Below, piece by piece: positions 28,308 to 36,966 of a DNA stretch of 42,549 bases (its first letter is position 1; every line of letters begins with the position of its first letter). The position numbers and the translations under genes are program-made. The stretch is from a virus. Its lineage: Duplodnaviria > Caudoviricetes. A model generated the notes under the pieces. It made no database searches. It worked only from the letters and a program-made list of their open reading frames with translations, and had not been told where the DNA came from. The DNA lies in the IMG/VR virus record IMGVR_UViG_3300032332_000905, positions 1 through 42,549 of that record. The stretch is one strand, 5' to 3'.

Positions 28308-29390
28308 ATGGCAAGACCTTACTTCAATCAAGTTCCAAACTTTGAATATGTCAGCAGAACTGCCGATGAGCAGAATATCTCTGATTATATTGAGGTTAAA
28401 AATCTATTCAAACGTGGAAAATTAAGAGAAGATATTTTTGGAGAGTTAACATACTTCACCAAATACAAAATCATCGGAGATGAAAGACCAGATAATGTTG
28501 CAAACAAAAACTATGGAGATCCTACTTTAGATTGGGTCGTTCTTCTTGCAAATAATATTCTCAATATACAATCAGAATGGCCATTAACTCAAAAAGCATT
28601 TGATAAAGTAATGCTTGAAAAATATGGTGATTATGAAACTTTATATGGTGGTATTCATCACTATGAGACTACTGGTATTTTAAACTCAAATGGTATTACA
28701 GTTTTACCTTCTGGTGTTCGTCTTCCAAATACTTGGAGAACGAATGGAAACTTTATTGAGGTTAATAATACCAAGATAGATCAGATTTTCTCTGGTGATG
28801 GAGTGATTCCAACAACTACAGTAACTGTCACTATAAACAATGGAATTTATGGATTGAATGCTGGTTCCCAGGTTACGATTAATAACGTGATAGATAGCAT
28901 TTACAATGGAGTGGTCGGAGTCACTTCTGCGGTCATTCCTCTTGACGATGACCGGGCAGTTTCATTTACATACGAACTTCCTTCTGTACCTGATGTTGCT
29001 AGTCCTACCTTAGCAGAACCAAGAGTTGAAGAAGTTTTATTGACCAGAGAAAATCTTTATAGATCTGCTTATGATAAAGGTGGGAATATAATTTCTGACG
29101 AAGTTTTAAAATTACGATATGGAACAGGAAACTCTTATTACTATGAGTATTATGATGATGGACTTGGGTACTCTGTTCAAGTTCCTCGTGATTCATTTTT
29201 AAAAGAAGTGACTAACTACGAATATGAAATTCAAATTGAAGAGAATAAGAGAAATATTTTTCTTCTTAAACCAAGATATTTAAATGTAGTCTATAATGAT
29301 ATGGATGATTTGATGCCATACAAAACCGGAGGAGTTCAGTATGTGAACTCCTCCTTAAAGAAAGGTGATAATATTAGACTTTATACCTGA
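28308..29390 (+). CDS. gp53: Baseplate wedge gp53 with an internal insertion
   Basis: YF..VPNFEY, GDERPDNVA...YGDP.LDWVVLLAN.I...EWP, IHHYET, TNYEYE...EE.KRNI.LLKP. Confidence 0.9.
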   Translation: MARPYFNQVPNFEYVSRTADEQNISDYIEVKNLFKRGKLREDIFGELTYFTKYKIIGDERPDNVANKNYGDPTLDWVVLLANNILNIQSEWPLTQKAFDKVMLEKYGDYETLYGGIHHYETTGILNSNGITVLPSGVRLPNTWRTNGNFIEVNNTKIDQIFSGDGVIPTTTVTVTINNGIYGLNAGSQVTINNVIDSIYNGVVGVTSAVIPLDDDRAVSFTYELPSVPDVASPTLAEPRVEEVLLTRENLYRSAYDKGGNIISDEVLKLRYGTGNSYYYEYYDDGLGYSVQVPRDSFLKEVTNYEYEIQIEENKRNIFLLKPRYLNVVYNDMDDLMPYKTGGVQYVNSSLKKGDNIRLYT

Positions 29391-30359
29391 TCACTCTGCA
29401 AGACGAGAGAAATATGCAAGAGCATCATCTTCGTCTTCATCATCAGAACCTGCAAGATTAGCAAGTTCTTTTTTCAAATTTTCTGGAACAGGATTGGACT
29501 TACTTTTACGATAAGATTCTTCCAGTTCTTCTACTACCTGATCTTCTCTTGTAGGAGTTTGAGCGTAAGAATCATACTCATCCTCTTGCTCAATCACAGC
29601 ACGAGATTGTGCAGGAGCAACTTTCTGTCCAAGAACATGGTTCAGACGCTTTTGAAGTTCATCATAGGTCTTGAATTGATCAGCAGCAACAATAGCAGAA
29701 AGAGAATACTCTTTCTTCCACAGTGCTTCCAGAGCATCATCATCATCAAGAAGAGGACGAGGAGAATCAAACTCCGACTTATCATAGTTCCAGTAACCTT
29801 CAACCTTACGAATCTTCATTCGGAAGTTTGCACCTGTCCAGAAATCATAAGCATTCATTGGTTCTTCATCTTCAAATTCTGGTTGCATTGCATTCAGAAT
29901 TTTATCAAAGATCTTCTTACCAAACTTAAACAAGAATACCTTACCCTCATTTTCAGGATGAGCAGGATCTTTTACAACGTAGATATTGCTGTAATAACTC
30001 AACTTACGCTTTTGCTTGCGAACAGTTTCCTTATCTTTCTCACTACCCGTGTTCCAGAGTTCCCGATTGTGCTCTGAAACTGGATCTTTCTGACCAAGAG
30101 TAGTCAGAGAGTTTTCAATATACCAACCACCAGGACCTTGGAATGCATGAGAATAGATTTTGACCCAAGGAAGTTCTTCTCCCTCAGGTGCAGGAAGAAA
30201 TCTGATAATAGCAGAACCTACATTAGTTTTATCCATAGTTGGTTTCCACAGACGATCATCTTCACCACTGGAAGTTGTGTTAAGTTTTTCAACTTCCTTA
30301 ACTAGTTTTTCTGTAAGAGATCCCAGTTTAGATTGTTTTTTAAGATTGTCAAATGACAT
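29391..30359 (-). CDS. gp32: Single-stranded DNA-binding protein gp32
   Basis: IRFLPA, HAFQGPGGWYIENSLTTLG..DPV, FGKKIFDKI, acidic tail. Confidence 0.95.
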   Translation of the reverse strand: MSFDNLKKQSKLGSLTEKLVKEVEKLNTTSSGEDDRLWKPTMDKTNVGSAIIRFLPAPEGEELPWVKIYSHAFQGPGGWYIENSLTTLGQKDPVSEHNRELWNTGSEKDKETVRKQKRKLSYYSNIYVVKDPAHPENEGKVFLFKFGKKIFDKILNAMQPEFEDEEPMNAYDFWTGANFRMKIRKVEGYWNYDKSEFDSPRPLLDDDDALEALWKKEYSLSAIVAADQFKTYDELQKRLNHVLGQKVAPAQSRAVIEQEDEYDSYAQTPTREDQVVEELEESYRKSKSNPVPENLKKELANLAGSDDEDEDDALAYFSRLAE

Positions 30360-30403
30360 TTTTGTACCTCGTATTAATTGGATTTGGCTTTTGTGACAAC
30401 TTT

Positions 30404-30432
30404 ATTCTACTTAAAATAGAAAGGGATGTCAA
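30404..30432 (-). promoter_or_regulatory. Sigma70 promoter for gp32
   Basis: TTGACA-N17-TAGAAT. Confidence 0.75.
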
Positions 30433-30439
30433 GCCCAAG

Positions 30440-31099
30440 TTATAAAAATTTTAAAGTGTCTCCTTTTAAAATTCTATTTAACTTTCTTTTTCCATTACAA
30501 CAATCAGATATGTGTCCTGGATGACAATTTAGATATAAAGCAGCATCTTTAACACTTTCATATTTAATAATTAAATTTCCTTGAGAATCAAATCTACCAA
30601 CTTCTTTTCTATGAGGTTGTGAGAATTTTAATTTATTTTTTGTATCTTCAGAAAAAAATTTACCTTTATTTGATTCTGATATTTTTCTTTTTTGTTCTTC
30701 TGGCATTACATATCCAAGATGAGACTTTCTTAAATTTTCAATATGACTTTCATTAAATTTCATACCTTTTCTTCTTTCTGATATTTTTTGTTTAGTTATA
30801 TCAGTATGTTTTGCTTGATTTCCACCTTCCAATAAGTTATATCCGTTTGGATATAATGATTTTTTTTCACTAATCCAATAAATTTCTTTTTCATTTAATA
30901 ATTTTTCAGAACATTCTTCAATTATATTAATTTCAAAATTATTCCATCCGTATTTTTTTAAAGCAGAATAAAATGGAGTTTTCTTTAAATTATTTTTATA
31001 ATTAAATTGATGATCTTTTATTCTTTTTTTATAATTAATTGTTTGTCCTATGTATGATTTTCCATTTGTTTTATTGATAAATTCATATATAACTTTCAT
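30440..31099 (-). CDS. Free-standing GIY-YIG homing endonuclease (seg-like; NUMOD3 repeats, C-terminal NUMOD1/HTH)
   Basis: VIY.F.N..NGK.YIGQT, E..WI, GYN; HT..TKQKIS repeats; YESVKDAA..L....GHI..CC.G. Confidence 0.88.
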   Translation of the reverse strand: MKVIYEFINKTNGKSYIGQTINYKKRIKDHQFNYKNNLKKTPFYSALKKYGWNNFEINIIEECSEKLLNEKEIYWISEKKSLYPNGYNLLEGGNQAKHTDITKQKISERRKGMKFNESHIENLRKSHLGYVMPEEQKRKISESNKGKFFSEDTKNKLKFSQPHRKEVGRFDSQGNLIIKYESVKDAALYLNCHPGHISDCCNGKRKLNRILKGDTLKFL

Positions 31100-31150
31100 T
31101 AGAAATTATTAATTCTTTATCTATTTAGGATTTCCAATCTTACCGAAAAA

Positions 31151-31483
31151 TCAAGTCTTGTCAATCTGATTACGCATCATTTCAAGCATTTTAGTCATGT
31201 TATTAAAGATGATATTAATATCAACTCCGGGATCAAGACCCATTAATCTTGTAGATTCAACAACTTTTTTTTTCATTTCCTTTGCCTCAGGATCATCAGA
31301 TAAACTCATACGAGTATAAAGAATTTGTTGTTTATTTAAAAGTTTTTCCATAAGAGTAACATGATAAATTTTATCTTCCTTTGACATAAAGGAAAATTTA
31401 AATACACTTCCATAAATTTCATCTTGTAGTTCAGAGATTTCTGTCATTTCTGCACGGACGAATTCGGAATTAAAAAAATTCAT
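31151..31483 (-). CDS. DUF1825-like cyanophage/cyanobacterial protein
   Basis: FF.SEFVRAE..EI.ELQ, KQQILYTRMSLSDDPEA. Confidence 0.75.
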   Translation of the reverse strand: MNFFNSEFVRAEMTEISELQDEIYGSVFKFSFMSKEDKIYHVTLMEKLLNKQQILYTRMSLSDDPEAKEMKKKVVESTRLMGLDPGVDINIIFNNMTKMLEMMRNQIDKT

Positions 31484-32076
31484 TGGTTTCCTATAATTAA
31501 TTTTTTTAAAATCTTTTTATAACTGAATACATCTATATGTATGAAAGGAGAATACTTCTTCATCTTTAAACTAACAGTCTCCCACACAGGATCCTTCAGT
31601 TTTTGATCAAACTTCTTTCCATATAAAAATATTTTATCATAGATAATCATTGTCTCTATACTAATCTTTCCACTCAAAAACATTTTCAATAAAATTGGGT
31701 GAGTTTTAGAACAGTCAAAGACATCTTCAAATTTATTATTACCAAACAATCTTTCTGATTCTTCTTTGAAGAGATAACTTAAAGATTGAATTCTTTTTTG
31801 CCATTCTTTGTAGTGAATATCGCCATCATGAATGATACTACCAATCCATAAACTTGAAGGATCATCTGCACGAATAAAATTTGCAATAAAGAAATCTATG
31901 ACTTCTTGATCTGTTTTATTTCGTGATAATTTTTCAAAGAAAAAGCGATCCTTGCGCTTATAGAATGATTGTAAATTTGCTCTGACTTTTCCATGATACT
32001 TATGATAGTCATAAGTATCTTTTGTAAAATGATTTTTTAGAGAGAGATATTGACAAAATATTTCAAATGGTGCCAT
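31480..32076 (-). CDS. gp59: Helicase loader gp59
   Basis: YLSLKNHFT...YDY.KY.GK......F.KRKDRFFFEKL, G.ISIET. Confidence 0.9.
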   Translation of the reverse strand: MAPFEIFCQYLSLKNHFTKDTYDYHKYHGKVRANLQSFYKRKDRFFFEKLSRNKTDQEVIDFFIANFIRADDPSSLWIGSIIHDGDIHYKEWQKRIQSLSYLFKEESERLFGNNKFEDVFDCSKTHPILLKMFLSGKISIETMIIYDKIFLYGKKFDQKLKDPVWETVSLKMKKYSPFIHIDVFSYKKILKKLIIGNQ

Positions 32077-32134
32077 TCAAAAAAAAGTAATATAGGGGAT
32101 TTTTTGCTGGAAATTTTTTGCACCAAAAATGGAA

Positions 32135-32392
32135 TTAAAAGACTAATTTGGCACGGGAAGTTTTTTTGAGAAAGTTAAGTTCTGTTGCTTCACATTTAAT
32201 CTTTTCTTTTAGTGGTTTTGAAATTAATTTTGGAACTGATTCTATATCAATGTTATTATTTTCACAAAAATGAATAATGGCATCAATGTAGTTCATGTCC
32301 TCATTAAGTTGAACCAATGTTTCAATTTCTTGAGCGAACTTTGCCGGGCAATAGAATTTACTTTCTAATACCTTCTCTAATTCATCTTTCAT
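32135..32392 (-). CDS. gp33: Late-promoter co-activator gp33
   Basis: F..EIE.LV.....NYIDAI..FCE.N.I..E...KLIS..LKEKI..EA..LNFL; ATG at 32392 preferred over 32416. Confidence 0.88.
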   Translation of the reverse strand: MKDELEKVLESKFYCPAKFAQEIETLVQLNEDMNYIDAIIHFCENNNIDIESVPKLISKPLKEKIKCEATELNFLKKTSRAKLVF

Positions 32393-33062
32393 CTGACCCA
32401 GTATTGTGACGTACAAATTCTTTAATGTAGCGAACTAACAACTTAATATACTCGTCTTTGTTTCTTTTGTCAAATACCTTCACCTCTCCTGCAGGAGTTA
32501 CCATAAGAGTAATCAATTTGACAGGAGGAATTTCAGTCAGTTCATAGTATGCAGCAGCATAGAACATCTCTTGGACAAAGTAGTTCTCTAACCATTTTTC
32601 GGGTTTAATCTTGTCTGATGTTTTAAAGTCTATAACTGCCAATTCTCCTTCATATTCGGCAATACAATCTGTTCTTCCTGCAAGACCAAGATACTTGGAA
32701 TAGAGAGTTCTTTCAATTGCATGGATATTATTTATCTTATCAAGTTCTGGTTTTAAATGATAGAACATGAACTTTGATAAAGGATGATAATTCTCCCAAA
32801 TAAGTTCTTTATTTTCCAGATAATCTTGACAGACTTGGTGAAAGTCAGTTCCTCTTGATGTTGCTCTTTTTGTAATCCGATTTGCTTCTTCTATACCTAC
32901 ACGTTTTCTCCAATCAACAAAGATTTGACGATTGTAAAAAGAAGTTACCGAAGTAATAGAAGGCACCCATTGACCATCTGGAAGATGGTATAGGCGCATT
33001 CCGTTTGTTTCTTTTTTTTCTAATTCAAGATCACCCAGATAATTATGATGAATAAATGTCAT
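32382..33062 (-). CDS. PD-(D/E)XK exonuclease (T4-like core exonuclease)
   Basis: PSITSV, RGTDFH, AGRTDCIAEY.G.L.VIDFKTS, YFVQ...YA. Confidence 0.88.
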   Translation of the reverse strand: MTFIHHNYLGDLELEKKETNGMRLYHLPDGQWVPSITSVTSFYNRQIFVDWRKRVGIEEANRITKRATSRGTDFHQVCQDYLENKELIWENYHPLSKFMFYHLKPELDKINNIHAIERTLYSKYLGLAGRTDCIAEYEGELAVIDFKTSDKIKPEKWLENYFVQEMFYAAAYYELTEIPPVKLITLMVTPAGEVKVFDKRNKDEYIKLLVRYIKEFVRHNTGSDER

Positions 33063-33766
33063 GTTTTCATTTTATTATTATGATTTGTAATTTTTTGCCA
33101 GAGTTTTCCATTTTTAATTTTAGTTACATGTCCTTGCCCAATATTAAATTTTTTTGCTATTTCGGTTTGAGTTATTTTTCCTTCCCAAGAAAGATTATAA
33201 ATTTCCAAAATTTGATCTTTATTTAATTTACTTGCGGGATGTGTTGTTCCTGGAAATCTATTTTTTAGTTTTTCAATAACTTCTGGACTAAATTTTTTAC
33301 CTTTATTTGATTTTGAAATTTTTCTTTTGGTTTCTTCAGTATGAGTTTTTCCATAAAACGGATTTTTATCTCCTTTCATATTCTCACTCAAATATTTTTT
33401 ATATTCATCTGAATGAGTTTTTCCATACATTCCATTTTTTTCACCGATTATTCTTTCACTTAATATCTTTGATCCTTTGAGTAATTTATTTGGATTATTT
33501 GAACTTGAAAATCCTGTAGATTTTTCATTAAAATTCATACACTTTGGGTCATCAATATACTTTTTAAGATACTCTTCTTCCTTTTTTATCAACTCTTTTT
33601 CATTTTCACAAAATAAAATAATGTCTCGTTTAAGATTGGATTTATCTTTAATCGATTTGACCCAATTTCCGCTACCAAGATATCCATCATTAATATCTAA
33701 AGTGCTATGTCTTCCATAGTAATAAAATCCAGAAGGAGAATATGTTTTGTAAATAAGATGAAACAT
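33059..33766 (-). CDS. Free-standing GIY-YIG-family homing endonuclease (NUMOD3 and HTH)
   Basis: LIYKT......YYYGRHST....DGYLGSG (Seg-type); NGMYGKTH and NPFYGKTHTEETKRKIS; C-terminal TQTEIAKKFNI. Confidence 0.85.
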   Translation of the reverse strand: MFHLIYKTYSPSGFYYYGRHSTLDINDGYLGSGNWVKSIKDKSNLKRDIILFCENEKELIKKEEEYLKKYIDDPKCMNFNEKSTGFSSSNNPNKLLKGSKILSERIIGEKNGMYGKTHSDEYKKYLSENMKGDKNPFYGKTHTEETKRKISKSNKGKKFSPEVIEKLKNRFPGTTHPASKLNKDQILEIYNLSWEGKITQTEIAKKFNIGQGHVTKIKNGKLWQKITNHNNKMKT

Positions 33767-33774
33767 AGTATTAT

Positions 33775-33815
33775 GACTAGTAAAAGAATTATTTATACTC
33801 CTTTACTAGTCCAGA
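33775..33815 (-). promoter_or_regulatory. Late promoter TATAAATA enclosed by an inverted repeat of about 14 bp
   Basis: GACTAGTAAAGGAG-TATAAATAA-TTCTTTTACTAGTC. Confidence 0.85.
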
Positions 33816-33821
33816 TTAATA

Positions 33822-34583
33822 TTATAATGTCACTCCCAACTCATATTTTGCTGTTAAGTATTCCTTAACCAAGGATGATCTTACAATATCTTCAATACCA
33901 AATTCAATAATATCAAAAGAAGGCATATTACGAAGAATTTTCATAAAATCAATAATACCATTCTTCTCATTTGTCTTGACCAAATCAGATTGTGTAGCAT
34001 CTCCACAAAACATAATTTTAGAATCTACCCCAACACGAGTGATGATTGAATCCAACTCATGGAAATTTAAATTCTGAAATTCATCAACAATAATGATTGC
34101 TTTATCCAGAGTTGTTCCACGAATAAAAGAAGTACTCCAAAAACTAATTGTCCCTTGAGTTTTGAGATTGCCATAGAGCATTTCAGCCGCTGCTTCATCT
34201 TGTGGAGTAAACATATACTTCACCATATTCTTATAGGGAATTTGATAAAGAGAAGACTTGTCTTCATGATCACCGGGAAGAAATCCAATTTCACGAGTAG
34301 CAACAAGAGATCTTACGATATAGATTTTCTCATAAGGAGATTTTTCATCTAATACATCCAATAGAGCATTATAAAGAGTAATGAAAGTTTTACCAGTTCC
34401 AGCACATCCATAGGCAACAATATTTTTGTCTAATTTATAAGATTCAAATAAAGTTTCTTGATTGTCAGTAAGAGGTTCAATATCTCTCATTATATCAATA
34501 TTGATTGGTTTTTTTCTTTTAACTTGTCTTGGAGTCAAACCTACTCCAATTGGTTGATCAGATGCTCTTTTTCTTCTTGTCAT
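33822..34583 (-). CDS. phoH: PhoH-family ATPase
   Basis: G.AGTGKT, REIGFLPG, RGTT, DEFQN, GD..QSD, DIVRS. Confidence 0.95.
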   Translation of the reverse strand: MTRRKRASDQPIGVGLTPRQVKRKKPINIDIMRDIEPLTDNQETLFESYKLDKNIVAYGCAGTGKTFITLYNALLDVLDEKSPYEKIYIVRSLVATREIGFLPGDHEDKSSLYQIPYKNMVKYMFTPQDEAAAEMLYGNLKTQGTISFWSTSFIRGTTLDKAIIIVDEFQNLNFHELDSIITRVGVDSKIMFCGDATQSDLVKTNEKNGIIDFMKILRNMPSFDIIEFGIEDIVRSSLVKEYLTAKYELGVTL

Positions 34584-35185
34584 TGAGGTTTTTGTAAATG
34601 ATTTGCTATTTTTAAAATATGTTCTGTGAATAAATCTACGTTCATATCACTTTTCATATAATTGCATCTAGTACAACAAGATACACAGTTATCAATTTCA
34701 TATCCAACATTACTATCTATTCTATCAATTCCATTATAAGGAACAGGAACTCCTACATATTTTCCTTTACCTCTATGAGGTTGTTTTAACTCTGGTTCTG
34801 AACCACAATAATAACAATTTTTTTTGATAATTTTAAGATGCTCTTCTTTTGATAAATTAAAATCTATATTTCGCGCTTTAGATCCAGATTGATATTGTTC
34901 ATAAATGTACCTATAAACACTTTCAGGTTTTCTTCTTTTCTGTGCATTAAAGTTATTTCTGTAAATATTCTTGCATCCACAACTTTTTGCTTTGTCTAAT
35001 TCATTTTTACATATAAAACTTTCATATAAAAAAACTTTCGTTGTTCCACAAATACATTTACATAAGACCTTTCTTCTTTTTCTACCGCTAGGATAGGTTT
35101 CATAAAAAGGTGGAGATATAACCTCAAGATAATGAAACTTATCTCCTACCTTTATTTCTGGATGTCTTATGTAAGATCTAGACAT
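34580..35185 (-). CDS. Free-standing HNH-type endonuclease
   Basis: CKCICG...SCGC N-terminal module; CYYCG...NGIDRIDS..GY...NCVSCC..CN.MK. Confidence 0.85.
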   Translation of the reverse strand: MSRSYIRHPEIKVGDKFHYLEVISPPFYETYPSGRKRRKVLCKCICGTTKVFLYESFICKNELDKAKSCGCKNIYRNNFNAQKRRKPESVYRYIYEQYQSGSKARNIDFNLSKEEHLKIIKKNCYYCGSEPELKQPHRGKGKYVGVPVPYNGIDRIDSNVGYEIDNCVSCCTRCNYMKSDMNVDLFTEHILKIANHLQKPQ

Positions 35186-35210
35186 AAACCTGGTTGGAAT
35201 AGTATAAGAT

Positions 35211-35218
35211 TATTTATA
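35211..35218 (-). promoter_or_regulatory. Late promoter TATAAATA for the HNH gene
   Basis: Exact consensus 25 nt upstream of the ATG, flanked by ATAAACCT...AGGTTTAT. Confidence 0.75.
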
Positions 35219-35230
35219 TAATATCAAGGT

Positions 35231-35473
35231 TTATATTTTTTTTACCCTAGACCCAGGAGCTCTGCTAACTTTTTCCAATACCGAGTTCCATCCTGGTTTG
35301 CTTTTTACCAGACGATCCATCCATTCTCCTTGTTCTGCGGATGATGCACATCCTTCGCTCCAATCCCTTTTCCACTCAGGATTTTCTGCATACCAATCAG
35401 TAATCTCATGAACACTCATTTCAATAACTTTTTTTTCGCCAGTCTCTTTGTGTACAATTGGATAAGTTGCCAA
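35231..35473 (-). CDS. Conserved cyanomyophage hypothetical protein (80 aa)
   Basis: MATYP...KETGE.K...MS...NP.W...KPGWN.VL.K....PGS; usual neighbour of thyX and phoH. Confidence 0.8.
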   Translation of the reverse strand: MATYPIVHKETGEKKVIEMSVHEITDWYAENPEWKRDWSEGCASSAEQGEWMDRLVKSKPGWNSVLEKVSRAPGSRVKKI

Positions 35474-35508
35474 TGTTTAATTCTCCATTTTGTATAATCT
35501 TATTTATT

Positions 35509-36225
35509 CTAATCCAGGGTAATAGCAGACTGATAATCACATTCGGGACAATCATCAGATCTGACCCACTCAAGCGCCTCAGCAACGTCTGGATACTCAC
35601 AGCAGAACAGACACCTAATCGCCTCTGCAACGTCTCTGTGCTCCTTCTGGGTGCCACTGGTAGTGCGTAGTGTCATGTAGTGGATCCAAGACCTCACAGA
35701 ACCCTTCATGTAGATTCTGGTAGGAGTAGCAAGTGGAAGAACAAATCTTGCACTCTCCTTTGCTACTCCTTGATCCAATAGACTATCATAGAGTTTTTGT
35801 GACTCATCAAAATGTTGTTGAATTTTAGTTTGCATTCCAAGTTTCACATAATCACCAAAGTCATCAATTGAGTTTTGACGATTTTTTACATCTTGCCTAC
35901 GAAGATCTGGTGGAACTGCTTTATCCAAAAGTTTAGTGTCAGCATATCTTTGAGAGAACTCTTGAAATGTGAAACTACGATGGCGAAGAATTTGAGCAGC
36001 AATACCACGAGTGGTATTGATTTCTACAGTCATATCTGCTTGCTCAAAAATACTCCAATGATGTTCTTTGATACAATAGCGAAGTAGACCAGCAGCAGTA
36101 TTAAAGTTAAGTTGATTATTTGGATTACTTACACGGGCACAAAAAGAAATAACTTCTTGCCCTGTTTTACCTGCCAGTTCTCCTGCACCAACACTGACTG
36201 CAATCAATTTAACAATAGGTTTCAT
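35509..36225 (-). CDS. thyX: Flavin-dependent thymidylate synthase ThyX
   Basis: HWSIFE, QILRHRSFTFQEFSQRY, ESARFVLP, TQKEH; ATG at 36225 overlaps the upstream stop. Confidence 0.95.
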   Translation of the reverse strand: MKPIVKLIAVSVGAGELAGKTGQEVISFCARVSNPNNQLNFNTAAGLLRYCIKEHHWSIFEQADMTVEINTTRGIAAQILRHRSFTFQEFSQRYADTKLLDKAVPPDLRRQDVKNRQNSIDDFGDYVKLGMQTKIQQHFDESQKLYDSLLDQGVAKESARFVLPLATPTRIYMKGSVRSWIHYMTLRTTSGTQKEHRDVAEAIRCLFCCEYPDVAEALEWVRSDDCPECDYQSAITLD

Positions 36226-36410
36226 TCTGGTTTCTCCCAATTAGATTTTTCACCCTTGCGAAGTTTTTTAAGTTCTTTATACATTTCTTTAATTTCTTGA
36301 TAGGCATCTTCTGGAGTAATCTTATTATTCAACTCCAGCCCCGCGATAATTGCACACTTGTCTCCAAAACGGGCAAGTGCTCTCTCATAAGGCGATAAAT
36401 CATTGTACAT
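36222..36410 (-). CDS. Hypothetical protein (62 aa)
   Basis: FGDK..II.GLE...KI.PEDAYQEIK; translationally coupled. Confidence 0.75.
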   Translation of the reverse strand: MYNDLSPYERALARFGDKCAIIAGLELNNKITPEDAYQEIKEMYKELKKLRKGEKSNWEKPE

Positions 36411-36571
36411 TAGTTTTCTTCCTCGTAATAGTCTGGTTCGTATTCATCAATATAACAAGAAATTTGTTTGTAATCATATGGTTTATTTTCTTCCAAATTC
36501 AATTCTTCCTTTAAAGATTGAACCAGCAGATCCAAATTTTTTACAATCAATTTTAGTCTTTCTTTGTTCAT
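36410..36571 (-). CDS. Hypothetical protein (53 aa)
   Basis: Below cutoff; MNKERLKLIVKNLDLLVQSLKEELNLEENKPYDYKQISCYIDEYEPDYYEEEN; TAATG overlap; promoter upstream. Confidence 0.75.
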   Translation of the reverse strand: MNKERLKLIVKNLDLLVQSLKEELNLEENKPYDYKQISCYIDEYEPDYYEEEN

Positions 36572-36594
36572 ACTATGGGGTCATAGACAAAGTG

Positions 36595-36629
36595 ATTATA
36601 GACAAAAAAAAGGAGGATGTCAATCCCCC
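36595..36629 (-). promoter_or_regulatory. Overlapping terminator and sigma70 promoter
   Basis: GGGGGAT-TGAC-ATCCTCC-T8 hairpin that contains TTGACA-N17-TATAAT. Confidence 0.8.
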
Positions 36630-36635
36630 ACAAAC

Positions 36636-36962
36636 CTATCTTTCAATGTAACTCAAAGAATGATTTTCTGCCTTCAGTTGATGAATGACAATATCACATC
36701 CGATTTTTGGATTTGCATCACCACAACAATAGACATCAACTGCTGCTTTTTCTTCTTCCGGCCAAGTATGAATTGAAATATGTGATTCTGAAAGTAAGCA
36801 TAATACTGTAACTCCTTGTGGGTCAAACTTTTTATGAATAGTTTGACAGACTGTTGCGCCAGATGCCATAGCAGCATTCTCTAATAAGTCCATAAGAAAA
36901 TGCTCATCATTCAAAAGAACGGATGAGCATCCGTATAAGTTAAGTAAATAATGCTTACCCAT
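36636..36962 (-). CDS. speD: S-adenosylmethionine decarboxylase proenzyme (pyruvoyl-dependent)
   Basis: GKHYLL, F.PQGVT...LLSESHISIHTWPE...AAVDVYCCG. Confidence 0.9.
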   Translation of the reverse strand: MGKHYLLNLYGCSSVLLNDEHFLMDLLENAAMASGATVCQTIHKKFDPQGVTVLCLLSESHISIHTWPEEEKAAVDVYCCGDANPKIGCDIVIHQLKAENHSLSYIER

Positions 36963-36966
36963 CAGG

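Noticed and set aside
32382-33062. Cas4/CRISPR adaptation gene
   Set aside because: It lacks the four-Cys Fe-S pattern, there is no array or cas gene, and this is the usual T4-like core exonuclease position.
30440-35185. Endonucleases as group I intron- or intein-encoded
   Set aside because: The flanking genes are complete and the intergenic gaps are under about 80 nt, too short for a ribozyme core; these are free-standing genes.
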